This document shows, one piece after another, positions 53,617 to 64,000 of a stretch of DNA of 64,000 nt. The notes beneath the pieces were generated by a model. It searched no databases. It saw nothing but the letters and a program-made list of their open reading frames with translations, and was not told the DNA's origin. The DNA is from Lobosporangium transversale (taxonomy: Eukaryota). Position 1 is the first letter of the stretch, and each line of letters opens with the position of its first letter. The stretch covers positions 496,001-560,000 of the forward strand of contig NW_019028991.1 in the NCBI RefSeq assembly GCF_002105155.1, written 5' to 3'. Made by a program: the position numbers and the translations under genes.

Positions 53617-56600
53617 ACTTCCTTTAGGCGACGAAAGAAGGAAAGAGAGGTAGGAGATCGAGTTGATAGAGAAGATGAATCAAAAAGGTAAGGATGGCTA
53701 CTGCAAAATGTTCTGGAACTGTCTTTTTGCAGTGTGGGTGCAAAGCTATTAGAGGGTAGAAAGCAAGAAACAGAGGCAGAGACAATGGAAGAAAGCGTGA
53801 GCGAGTGTGTGTCTGTGATAGACTGTATGAGAAAATAAAATCGCAAGCAAAGGGGACGGAAGGGGCAGGGGAAGGAAGTATGGCGAAGGAAGACATCAGG
53901 GGCAATTGAGGTTCAATAAAAAAAATAAAAAAAAAAAAAAAAAAAAAAAAAAAGGGATCGCATCAATTCATTCAGACATGCAATTGTGCCTGACATGGTG
54001 TGCCATGTTGAAAAAGGATCGACAAAACACTTCACAATGAAATACAACACTGAATATCATACAAAGTTAATACACACTCAAACACAGACGAAGGAAAGAT
54101 ATGAAGCTTAATGTTGTTAATGGTATAAAAGACAGAAATAAGAAACATTAATGGGCATGGATTGACTGTAATTGCAAAGGGCTGATTAGTAGAAAAGAGA
54201 GGAGATACAAATGTAGGGAAAGGAGGATATGTTTCTTCTCACTCTTTGCTTTTTTATGAACAGATGGATGAACTTCCTTTGAACAGAAGTTGAAAGAGAG
54301 GCGAGTGATCTGTCCGATTATAGGAGCGAACGGGTGCAGCAACGAAAATAGCGCGGCATGGTGCAACGATGGGAGCGATGAGTCCATGAACTTTGTCAGA
54401 AAAAAAGGCCAAACTCTGCTCTCGTTGCTGGTGGATCCCTGATGCAACAGACAGGCACCCCCAAAAATATATATATAAATATATGTGTGTGTATGTGTCT
54501 GTGTTTATGTATGTGCAGATATATATAAGCTTATGGTAATTTGAAATGCGCGTATGTGTTGTTTATGTTAGGAAGATAGCTAAGGAAGAAGAGAAGTGGA
54601 GGGTGGTAAGTGCTTTTTGAATAACGAGAGAAAGCGTTTAGGTAGAGAAAGTTGCTGTTGCAAGTAGTTGAATTGTTTCTTCAAGATATACACTCTATGC
54701 GACGTTTAGGTTTATATTATAGTGTCTGAAAAGCGCAAACGTCTTTGAGAGCTTACGGTGATAGCTTTTTTTCTGTCTTGCTATTGTAGTGCTGAGAGAA
54801 GGACGGAAATTGCTCTGATGATAAAAAAAAGATCAACACAGGTGAATGGGGATGCTTGTGTTTAGTGTAGGCTAAGGATAGTGAATATTATCAAAGGAGG
54901 GAAAGAGAAACAAAGTCCTTGAGTGATGAAGGTGAAATAATAAGAACAATCGATATATGAACAGCCAAAAATGATCGAACAAAGACGAGCGATTAAACGA
55001 AATAGATTGAGGAATAAAGGTTCGAAAACCAGACAATCAAGGAAGGAAAGCCAAACTATGTTAAGTATATCGAGTATGCAAGCGTAAAAAAGAAAAAAAA
55101 AAAAACGATGATGAAAATAGAAATAAAAGAGAGAGAGCAAGAACAATGAGTGACCAAGGAAATGAAAAGATACACTGATGCTTGTGCCAATGCCGATATT
55201 CTTCGTAGTGCGATTGGCCGGTAGATCCCTTTATTGCTTGACACCTTTCCTTCTTTTTATCCAGTAATGATTTTTTTTTTTCCTTGCGTGCAAGGGGGTG
55301 AAATGAACGCTGCAGCAAGGGAGATGAAGTGCTGCATGATGGGATTAAGCATTGTTTTCCAGTAAAAATAAAAGGAGCCATTTCGCTCTCACTCTTGCTC
55401 TATTTGTCAGTATCGAATCAGCTATGCTCTTCTATGCACTAGCTCTCCTTTTGCTTTTTTGGGAGGAATATCGTCGTCATGTTTTCAAAGAGAGGATGTG
55501 TGCGCGGTAAAAAATAAAAAATAAAATAAAAAAACACAGACGCGGGCAGACAGACATGTGTTCCCAGCCTTGTTGCGATCTGCTGAATTTCTGGGAATCA
55601 GCAGCTGGTGAGGAAAGAAATAGCACAGTAAACAGTGGGAGTGGTAAAGAATGAAAAACTATATCTACCGTCCATCTCTATTTGCCACGACAACGCTTGA
55701 AGTAATTTATTTGTCAATAATTTCGAGACTAGTTGATGCACATGCATCAACATTTTGCCTTGTGTTGTTAATCCATGTTTGAGATGAGGGCAGACAGATG
55801 ACAGTTTATAATATAAAAATGTATGGATCCAGGTGGCCGAGAATATGCAATACTAGTGGACACCTAAAAAAAGAGAAAAGGACATCCTGTTTATGACTGA
55901 TGTCCTGTTCATTGTGTAGAAAATGACATGCTACTGTGGAGGCAAAGCCTGCACGGTTGTTATTATATTTGTGTTCCTAACCCCTAGGTATGCATTGTTG
56001 TGCCTAGATCTCATTTTAGAAAAGCCGGAGCAATAAACATGCATCCGCTACCACACCATTCAGAAAGTTTAAAAAAACTCCTCAAGTGGAGAGTTGTTCT
56101 TGCAAAAAAAAAAAAAAAAAAAAAAAAAAAAGACTAAGATCATAATAATGTAGAGCGTACAGCAACGCAGATAGGGACCATGACATAAGGCAGGCTAAAA
56201 AAAAAAAAAAAAAAAAAAAAGGCAGCAGGCATATCGAAATAAAGGAAACTCAGGGGAAAGCGCATAGTAGAATGAATCAATAAGGGAGGCTGGAAAATGC
56301 AGACCACAAGGGGAACGGAAGAGTGGGGGCCACAAAAATACATAAACAAGAAATAAAGGCTGGAGACATATACTCTTTGATACATCGAATGACAGGCATA
56401 TCCGAATACCGTTCCTTGATATAGAAGTAAAGATGATGAGGAGAACGGTTAAAAGACTGTTCCGAGATGATAGTGATGACTTCGAACACTGAGACGAAAT
56501 AAGGATAATAGGACTTCAGCTATCTCAGATGCAAGGGAAACACGGCAACGAAAATTGCCGTGACACAGAATGGTCCTTCCGTAATCTGATTTATGGCCGT

Positions 56601-57529
56601 AAAGGCGCTTCGGTCATGTGATTGAAAGTTGTCCTAGAAAACAATCTGGATCCTTGAGAATTGACGACTTACATAATAGTATGCAATGGCGAGAATAAGA
56701 CATAGTGAATCTGCTTCCTGATTAACATGTTGTCTTTTCATTCTACGGCCAACCCCTTACGCACGGGCGCTAGGCTGTCGTATTTAATCTTCTACGTTTT
56801 CTGCTATCTCCATCATCCTGAAAATCTGCTAAGTTCTGGTAATCCTGCAAGCGGGCCGTTGGTGGCATCTAAAACATACTGAAATTAATAACCTTTCAGC
56901 AATATCTACAAAGAAACTAGGAATAAGTCCCTTGCAGTCCCTTTTATCTTAAATCACCATAAACGAGGATCAGTGCCATATCTATTTATGATCTCCGTTT
57001 TGCTCAACAGCATAATAACAATAGTACTGTAAGGTGGCTAAATTGCGCTCATAACCTTTTTTCCCTTCATTTCAAAGAAAACAGAGATAATATACAAATT
57101 TCGCTGTTTACGGAGCCTAGGCCACCCAATCAGAGTAACCATTGATTGACGCGTCCTTAGTGCAATGGTTCTATGGATGTTTATGTGTAACGCAAAGTAT
57201 ATACCAAAACTGTCGTGCTACAATAACAGCATCAGCTTTGTTATGAGGATAGAGCTGGTGCCATAGTTTAAAAAATAGCAAACCGTCTTTAAGTCCTCAA
57301 AATAGAAGGGATGTTTAGTAGGGTTAGTTGATGTCTATATTAAATTTGTATTTTGAGGACAAACGAGATCGAAGTATTGCGCTTTAAAAACTAGACTTGA
57401 CCACATCAATGTATTGTCATCATACCTTTGTCAGGACTTATTTTCTGAGGTGATAGGGACTACAACAAGGGCATCTCTCTTTATCAGACTAATCCCCTCC
57501 GGTCCCAAGGTGAAAGGCATTTTCATTTC

Positions 57530-57925
57530 TATAGCATTATGTCTCTTTAGTCGAACAGTGCTACCTATCTAGTCCAGACTGTACTTGGTGCTCTATCCAC
57601 GGAAGTGGATCGCTTTATAGTTCTCATAAGTCTAACCACTTCCTCCTTCTCGGTACGTCCTTTGGTTATCGCATCGCATACTAGGAATTTCGATGAAGCA
57701 TTATTAGTGAACATCCAAGTTCAAGCAATTTCGCCTCCATTCTTTCCAGGCTATTGACCCACACTGCCTTAACAGTCTCTGCAACAAAGCCTTGTCCGTG
57801 GCAAGTAGGCTGGGCAAAGCTTTTGGGTAGCGATTGTCGCGGTGAGCATCCATTACCGATCTGCAGGGACAAAAGTCCTTGGTTTTCGTAAACCATATCA
57901 ACCATATCCACCGCCCTATTCAACT
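57530..57925 (-). mobile_element. Degenerate 3' fragment of a non-LTR retrotransposon (copy A)
   Basis: Diverged direct repeat of copy B (shared blocks GGATCGCTTTA.AGT...CATAAGTCTA, CATCCATT.CCG, GGACAAAAG.CC, AACCATATC). Encodes a frameshifted FCPCRSVMDAHRD...LERM peptide. Ends are approximate. Confidence 0.65.
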
Positions 57926-57926
57926 C

Positions 57927-58369
57927 TTTTATATATATAATAAGTTCCTCTCTAAACGAACAACGCTATAAAACTGAAGAACTATCTAGTCTTAAATTTA
58001 TTCGATGCCCCATCCTCCGGAGAGGATCGCTTTACAGTCGCCATAAGTCTAGTCACGTTCCCTCGGTAAGCCCTTTGGGTGCTGCGCGACTATTGCCACG
58101 GCTCATTATCGTGTTTAACGTCGAGCACATACTGTTACAGAAAAGGAATCGTTCCCATTCTTTTCATGGTTGACAACCGCTGCTGCCCTAACAAGCTCTG
58201 CAACGGAACCTTGCCTGCGGTGGGCCCTGAACAGCGCCTGTCGCGATGCGCATCCATTGCCGTACCACAAGGACAAAAGCCCTCTGCTGCCATAGAACCA
58301 TATCCGTTGCTCCAGTCATCTCTTGGCCCAGTGTGTGGTGCACGCTTCTGTCTCACACCTCGGTCCTTC
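57927..58369 (-). mobile_element. 5'-truncated 3' fragment of a non-LTR retrotransposon (copy B)
   Basis: Encodes KDRGVRQKRA...GYG...FCPCGTAMDAH...SLLGQQRLSTMKRMGTIPFL*, alignable by eye to the copy C C-terminus (KTRGITAMSKRA...SYLGKTKLDVMERLGGMKFL). Followed by ~200 nt of 3' UTR and an A/TA-rich tail at ~57927-57942. Confidence 0.7.
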
Positions 58370-61121
58370 TTTTTTTTTTTTTTTTTTTTTTTTTGATAAC
58401 AAGGACCCTCAGGGTCATGGGATTTATTTTCTACACTCTATGAACAAAATGCTCCAGAAACTATAGTCAATAAACAGCTATTACTGCACAAACGACAAGA
58501 GCCGCTGTATCCATGATTTCATAAACCCTGACCACCGTGGTTGGTACTCAAAGTCCACCTTTCCGACGTGGCCTGTTGCGCAACGCGACAAATTATCCGC
58601 TATCCATAGTCATCAAAAACTTCATTCCACCTAGCCGCTCCATCACGTCCAGTTTGGTTTTCCCAAGGTAACTGTCCCGGACTCGGTCATCCGCGATCTT
58701 GTAGATCTCTTTTACATTCAGCTTCTGTCTTTGTCTGAGGGAAGGGACAAGGAAATCATTGCTACTACGTCTGTGCTCCCCAACACAGTTGCGTCCTCTA
58801 GCGCGTTTGCTCATAGCAGTGATTCCACGAGTCTTTTCCCATTCAACGGTGACTTTACACCGTTTGTTCCAGATTTCTGTACGACCGAATTCCTCTATGG
58901 CCTTGACGAAGCGCCCTGCCATATATGTAGCTATCCTTGTTGTTGTCTTGAAGCCAACTTTCCAACTCTGAGCAATGGACTTGGGCGTAAGTCCATGGTA
59001 AATGACCTGCACAGACCAATCTGGTGTGTGCTCTCTCTCTTCCTCATCATCGCCGTTCCTATCACCATGGCGTCGTACTTCTCGCACACCATCGATATGC
59101 ATCTCCAGAGTTTCCCAAATGTAGTCCTCCTCTGCCGCAGTAAAAGTTGGCTCTTTTGTCCTTGGTGGGTCTACACCTCTCTCTCTGGCCCTTTGTGCTT
59201 GCTCCTGCACTGCTTTCAACTCTTTCCTCCATGTCCTCTCCCCTATCACATTCACATTTTGGATTATCTCCTTCCACTTCTCGGCCTGAGTCTCCATCGT
59301 CCTTGGACATCTCCAGATGTGCGATGTGTCTTCATCCTCTGTCCCACACACTCTGCAGTTGCCGTCTTCATAAAGGTCTGGCCTCCAGTGTCTCATATAT
59401 GACTGTGTAGGCAACATTCCATGGAGTTTCTTGATCCTGTGCGCTCGCTTTTGGCAGTCCGCTGGGCTGGTGAAGAGTCCTTTCGGTAGGTTGCTATCAT
59501 GAACAATGTTCATAGTAGCTCGCCAATCAATTTTTGTCCAATCCTTAACATGCTCCTGCGTCCTGTTCTGAGCGATCCACGTGCGATGTGTACGAGTTGT
59601 TGACTGTAACTTAAGGATCTGCCTTAAGTCATCTTCCGCTGGTACACCGTTGAACTTTGCATGGCAGTACATGTCATTATGCTCCGTTATGTTGATATCC
59701 CATAGCTCGCCATAATGTCCATGTTTTGCTGCTTCGTCCGCTTCTTCGTTCCCTCTGTTGCCGACATGTCCTTTGACCCACTCGACCGTGACTTCCGATC
59801 CTTGTTGAATAAATGCGTTGTGTATAGCTGCCCACCATACTGCATACGGTGATCTAATACGTTGTCGCAACGTGCTATCCACTCTGCCTCGGACCAATGC
59901 TCGGAATTGAGTCACAACTGCGCTGTTATCAAGTCGGATTGTCATAGGTCTGTTTCGTGGGCTGATAAGTATTCCTGCCAACAAACCAGCTAGCTCTGCC
60001 TTTGTCGAGGATGCGTTGCCTGCTACTCTACCAGATAGCGCAGTGTAAAACTCACCCTCTTGTGTCTGGACTACCACACCAAATGCCATACTTACTCTTT
60101 CAGTGCCAATATCTTTGAGAGATCCATCCGTATAAATGACATTACCCGGCTGGGTATTGTACCGTTCCCTTTGGCGTTGGATTTTCTCCTCGGTATTGGC
60201 ACTAATGATAACTCCATTTGTGTCCCTGGCTAGGCCTCTGTTGACTTCAGGGATCACTTTTAGGCACGGTGTCTCGTTGGAATCCAGGTCGACTTTTGCT
60301 CTCCTTAGCAGAGCTTGCTCGCTCAGACCCTCATATCTCCTTGTGTTCTGGGTCCGGCGTATCCTCGCTTCTTCGCGGGCTCGCATGCGTTCACCATGCC
60401 TTCGCTCTCGGTCCTGGTGGCGTTCTGCTCTTCTGACTATGGCATCTAACTTTGCTCTTTGTCGCCTAAGATTATGTTCTCTGGTTGCTCTGCGCGCCTC
60501 TTTCATAACAGCTTCTCGTCTCTTTTTCCGCTCCTTCTGTTGATCTAGAATCCACTTAATTCCAATTGGTGGCTCAACAGCTTGATTAGCCGGTGATACT
60601 GTCAAAGTTCTGTTCGCTGCCTCATCCTTTATGAATTGGTTGAGTGCACGAATCGCTTCTCGATCTTCGTCTTCTGTATCCCCGTCTACCGAGCTGACAT
60701 AACTACTGTCGCTGTTGCTGTCATCATCACTGACGTCTAAGAGTGCCAGTTTCCTCCTGTTCCATTCTCTTGCATGCCTACCCACATAATCGTTGTCGAA
60801 GCAAAAGTTTTGAAGTTGGTTGAACCAGAATGGCGAAACTTTAGGCCCTCCGTAACGGGCCCTGAATGCGTGCCATGAGATCATGTCCTCCTTATCATCC
60901 GTAAGTATTTGATCCACAAAGTATACCATACGCTTGGTGAGCGCCTTCCATACGTGTGGTAATTCTCCGTTTAGCCATTTCCATGTCGAGAGAGCGTTGT
61001 GTGGGAGACCAAATTCGGCTGCGATCGATAGGTCGAAAGTAATGTTACGATTCTTCATTTCTTCACAAACATTCGATATAAAGTTGTGGCGATACTTTTT
61101 GACACGACGTGGCTCCAAGTA
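58370..61121 (-). mobile_element. 5'-truncated non-LTR (LINE-like) retrotransposon with RNase H, CCHC zinc knuckle and poly(A) tail (copy C)
   Basis: Open 841-codon frame, ~200-nt 3' UTR and a 25-nt poly(A) tail (T run 58370-58394). No RT or endonuclease present, consistent with 5' truncation. Confidence 0.85.
58593..61118 (-). CDS. C-terminal part of a retrotransposon polyprotein (RNase HI domain plus zinc-binding region)
   Basis: RNase H motifs IYTDGS, SSTKAELAG, LDNSAV, WVKGHVGNRGNEEADEAAK; CRVCGTEDEDTSHIWRC (CX2CX8HX3C); IWNKRC...EWEK. The listed start is TTG, so this is probably not a true initiation site. Confidence 0.85.
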   Translation of the reverse strand: MEPRRVKKYRHNFISNVCEEMKNRNITFDLSIAAEFGLPHNALSTWKWLNGELPHVWKALTKRMVYFVDQILTDDKEDMISWHAFRARYGGPKVSPFWFNQLQNFCFDNDYVGRHAREWNRRKLALLDVSDDDSNSDSSYVSSVDGDTEDEDREAIRALNQFIKDEAANRTLTVSPANQAVEPPIGIKWILDQQKERKKRREAVMKEARRATREHNLRRQRAKLDAIVRRAERHQDRERRHGERMRAREEARIRRTQNTRRYEGLSEQALLRRAKVDLDSNETPCLKVIPEVNRGLARDTNGVIISANTEEKIQRQRERYNTQPGNVIYTDGSLKDIGTERVSMAFGVVVQTQEGEFYTALSGRVAGNASSTKAELAGLLAGILISPRNRPMTIRLDNSAVVTQFRALVRGRVDSTLRQRIRSPYAVWWAAIHNAFIQQGSEVTVEWVKGHVGNRGNEEADEAAKHGHYGELWDINITEHNDMYCHAKFNGVPAEDDLRQILKLQSTTRTHRTWIAQNRTQEHVKDWTKIDWRATMNIVHDSNLPKGLFTSPADCQKRAHRIKKLHGMLPTQSYMRHWRPDLYEDGNCRVCGTEDEDTSHIWRCPRTMETQAEKWKEIIQNVNVIGERTWRKELKAVQEQAQRARERGVDPPRTKEPTFTAAEEDYIWETLEMHIDGVREVRRHGDRNGDDEEEREHTPDWSVQVIYHGLTPKSIAQSWKVGFKTTTRIATYMAGRFVKAIEEFGRTEIWNKRCKVTVEWEKTRGITAMSKRARGRNCVGEHRRSSNDFLVPSLRQRQKLNVKEIYKIADDRVRDSYLGKTKLDVMERLGGMKFLMTMDSG

Positions 61122-61166
61122 TTTTTTTTTGATAACAAGGACCCACGACGATGTGGCTCCAAGTAT
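61103..61166 (-). mobile_element. Micro-insertion of the same element's extreme 3' end (copy D) with a target-site duplication
   Basis: T9 + GATAACAAGGACCC (61122-61144) is identical to the 3' terminus of copy C (58395-58408). It is flanked by CACGACGTGGCTCCAAGTAT (61103-61122) and CACGACGATGTGGCTCCAAGTAT (61144-61166). Confidence 0.8.
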
Positions 61167-61332
61167 AACCCCCGGTTCTTAAGACAGTGATTTTTTCACA
61201 AATTGTCGTAAATGACGCCTATTCATTTACCTAAATATGTATTTCCTTTCAATTTATTTATTTCCTATCATCCTATTTTCTACCATTTTTAAATAGTATT
61301 TAAGTAGCTTTTTCCTTCACTGCAAAAACGGC

Positions 61333-61456
61333 ATCTCTCTTCTTATTATCGATGCCCTTTTGCAGGTGAGTTTATCTTCATTATTCTCATTATGAATTCT
61401 CAGAAAATTAGCAGTTATTAAAGATCTCTCTTCTTATTATCGATGCCCTTTTGCAG
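61333..61456 (+). repeat. Perfect 33-bp direct repeat with a 58-bp spacer
   Basis: ATCTCTCTTCTTATTATCGATGCCCTTTTGCAG at 61333-61365 and 61424-61456. Confidence 0.9.
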
Positions 61457-61602
61457 CATCCTCAAAATCATTCAAAGCATTACTTAGGATCACTATCGTA
61501 TCCCAAAACCACGAGGCTCTTGCCCAATTCTTCATTTTTCATCATTACCTACTAGTTTCCAGAGATCACTAGTAGATGCTCTACGACAAAATATCAACTA
61601 AT

Positions 61603-61674
61603 TCCTAGTTGGTCCAGTGGTCAGGATTTGTCGCTCTCACCGACAAGGCCCGGGTTCGATCCCCGGACTGGGAA
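61603..61674 (+). tRNA. tRNA-Glu (anticodon CTC), intronless
   Basis: Acceptor stem TCCTAGT/ACTGGGA, D-arm TGGTCCAGTGGTCAGGA, anticodon arm TGTCG-CTCTCAC-CGACA, T-arm CCGGG-TTCGATC-CCCGG (B box), followed by a T-rich Pol III terminator. Confidence 0.95.
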
Positions 61675-62268
61675 TTTCCTTTTAGTAAGGTGATTTTGGA
61701 TAGAGATATTTACACTGTTCCAGTTTTTTTTTATTTGTACGGGGTCTTTATTTCAGACTTAAATACCACTACCAGGAAGCCTTCCACGACACAAGCTTAG
61801 ATCCAGAGTCGATACCCAAGCATCAAATACTGACCAGAATATTTATCTTATCAAGGTCGTACGTAGCTCAGAGTAGATGTTGATATTCTTTATGTGACTC
61901 TGGAACATCCTCTCACCCGTTTGTAACCCGAGAGATTACTTATCTTTTGATAGTTGGTGGCAGTTCGTACTCAAAACCGATCGTGCCACAATTACCTATA
62001 TCACTATAGCTAAATAGCTAAATACTTTAATAGCATAACCGTGACTAATAATGATAGAAAAGAGACATAAATACTCTTTTCTATTATGTTGATAAAGATC
62101 CATATTTTTGCCTCATTACATTCCAAGTTTATTATCATGCTCAATCAGGGTTGATTTTCACCAATAAAATAGCCAGAACTTGCCTTGGGTCGTCTTTAGC
62201 ACGCAGTCTCGCATACTCAGCAGTACATGTAGATGCTCACTGCGTCTAAGGACTGGCTTCATATTGTA

Positions 62269-62544
62269 CAATCACCTGAAAGAAAGTTTGGTCAAAAAAA
62301 TAAAATTTTGAAATGGTTATGAGGAGAAGTACTGTCTTCCATCCTATTTCTTGCAGTTTTCCGTCAGCATGTACTACTCAAAGGCCTCAGTGATTACCCA
62401 CATTGGCCTCATTAACAAAAGTGTAAAGTTCCATCTTGGTTGGTGAAGTATTTTTGTATGTCGCATATGAGCTGTTTGTCAGAGATTCAAAATAAAAAAT
62501 AGTAAAAATAACCTACTTTGACCAAACTTTCTCTCGGGTGACTG
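62269..62544. mobile_element. Tc1/mariner-type MITE or internally deleted DNA transposon (276 bp)
   Basis: 28-bp terminal inverted repeats, CAATCACCTGAAAGAAAGTTTGGTCAAA versus reverse complement CAGTCACCCGAGAGAAAGTTTGGTCAAA (25/28 identical), flanked by TA at 62267-62268 and 62545-62546. Confidence 0.85.
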
Positions 62545-64000
62545 TAGATAGATAGTAAGCAGTAGAAAAGTAAGTGAGGATAAGATATGGGTTCACACAC
62601 AACACCCATGGGGTATTTATTCATTTTCTGGTAGAGGACCTGTATCAGGTAACTACGTATCTATCTATAAGGTGACATAGGTTCGTTCTAAAGACTTCAT
62701 ATCAAAGATTTATCGCGTCTATGTATGGCGCGTTATTGCCACTAATTTCTACTGCTAATCTTTTTAGCGCATTAGTATTTTCCTAATTCTTTTCTAACTA
62801 GGCCATCATAATATTGCATACTGTGAAATATGCAACAGAGTGTGATGAGTATCGTGGCTCCCGCGGCGCTGCAACTTCCAACAGTAATAATTCCAGACTC
62901 CTTCCTACTCTAGACTCACCTTCGCTTATTTCCTTATAAAATAAAAAGCTAGAATCATGTAGTCAGTAGGATCACGCTGCCGCTTGTAGATGAAATAAAG
63001 ACCCTGTGCAAATAAAAGAAAGACCCCCGTGTAAACAAGGTGTGCACGGCGGGCGTACAAATAACTTCATCCTTAATCTAATTGGCATGTCAAGGTGCAT
63101 CGCCATGATTTGCTTGGCAACCTGCCTAGCGTTATTTGGCCTCTATTTCTTGTTTTATCTGTAAAAACTCTCATATCTCGTTTACTGGGACAATCCTGTA
63201 TTGATGAGAAGCACAGGAGCTCCTGTTGAACTTGTTGACATCCAACACAGGATTATCCTCAGTAAGGATATCAATAGACGACGCGTTGTAAACCGTTGCT
63301 CTTCCTTTGAGCACCAAGTGCTTACTACATGCTGCTATACTCAATGTACAGAAGAGGACGTTAGATAAAACAGTCCGTTCAGTGTTAATTGAGACTACAC
63401 CAAAAATTGTGACAAAGTTGACTTTAAGCATGCATGAATGGCTCCTGTTAGAGTGAGCGACAGGTGGAATCTGTTATCTTCGATTTAAAATAATTCTTGG
63501 AAGAATTTATTTAGGATCCATGGAGCAATACCTGTATAAATTATTATAAGCATAGAAAAACCAAAATCATGCCATTTTTGATGGCTGTATAAGTTATTAC
63601 GCCAGAACCTTGAGAAGCAGAACTTAATCAAAGTAATGATCGCTTGCCTAGGCTATTGCTACGATATGGACCTCATTTTCAATACTTTATGCAGTGCTTC
63701 TTGAGAAAATGAGTTTAAAATATCCGGTAATTATATTTTTTCGCAATTTAGCCGACTTTCCTTTTTTCTCGCCATGATACTGGCGCATATTTATTACGAC
63801 TGATTTCAACAGCGCTTTAAGTATGTCTATATTGCGCTCCATTGTTTTTTATCAGGTTTTGCAAAACTAAATTTGAAATGGTTGTCTAGATTGATCACAT
63901 ACTACTCCTTGTCGCACTCATCACCTAACTACAAGTATTAGAATTCATCAAAAAGCGTAAAACTCACTTGAATAATTTGCGCCTCAGCGCCTGCTAGCGG

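Noticed and set aside
53624..57500. Short ORFs in the long region upstream of the kinase
   Set aside because: Low-complexity, hydrophobic translations of purine/pyrimidine tracts; likely 5' UTR, promoter and intergenic DNA.
58731..60543. Plus-strand ORFs antisense to the retroelement ORF (223 aa, 135 aa)
   Set aside because: Shadow ORFs with no motifs. The same applies to the antisense ORFs over the kinase, APC1, INTS3 and helicase genes.
58355..61183. AAGGACCGAGG (3' flank of copy C) vs AAGAACCGGGG (5' side) as the TSD of copy C
   Set aside because: The match is short and imperfect although copy C looks young, and the 3' flank is explained as coding sequence of copy B.
61103..61456. Short direct repeats with spacers as a possible CRISPR array
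   Set aside because: Only two copies of each of two unrelated repeats, in a eukaryotic context with no cas genes; better explained as TSDs or duplications.
61609..61800. 63-aa ORF MVQWSGFVAL...
   Set aside because: It overlaps the tRNA-Glu gene and is spurious.
63171..63431. 86-aa minus-strand ORF
   Set aside because: No recognisable motif or supporting exon structure; it may be a decayed fragment but cannot be supported.

Overview
Eukaryotic, intron-containing genomic DNA with very frequent long poly(A)/poly(T) tracts. The gene content suggests an early-diverging fungus (Mucoromycota, probably Mortierellaceae); this assignment is inference. From ~3.8 to 53.6 kb the window is dense in housekeeping genes: TCTEX1D2-like dynein light chain, dual-specificity phosphatase, a Ser/Pro-rich unknown, SPX-domain phosphate transporter (Pho87/90/91 family), ornithine decarboxylase, Neo1 flippase, APC1, Integrator subunit INTS3, DHX33/Dhr2 helicase, JMJD7, an intronless AKAP7-like 2H phosphoesterase and a very large Rim15/Greatwall-like kinase. 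The right end (57.5-62.6 kb) is a mobile-element zone around a tRNA-Glu(CTC) gene. Main highlights: (1) a head-to-tail stack of four co-oriented, 5'-truncated, related non-LTR retrotransposon copies with an apparent age gradient just upstream of the tRNA gene, suggesting site- or tRNA-targeted retrotransposition; (2) a non-AUG upstream ORF carrying the PPW motif in the ODC leader (AZIN1/ODC-type polyamine sensor), plus a +1 frameshift inside the ODC CDS; (3) a Tc1/mariner-type MITE; (4) genes usually associated with animals or cilia (INTS3, TCTEX1D2) in a fungus. Exon boundaries were read by eye and are approximate.
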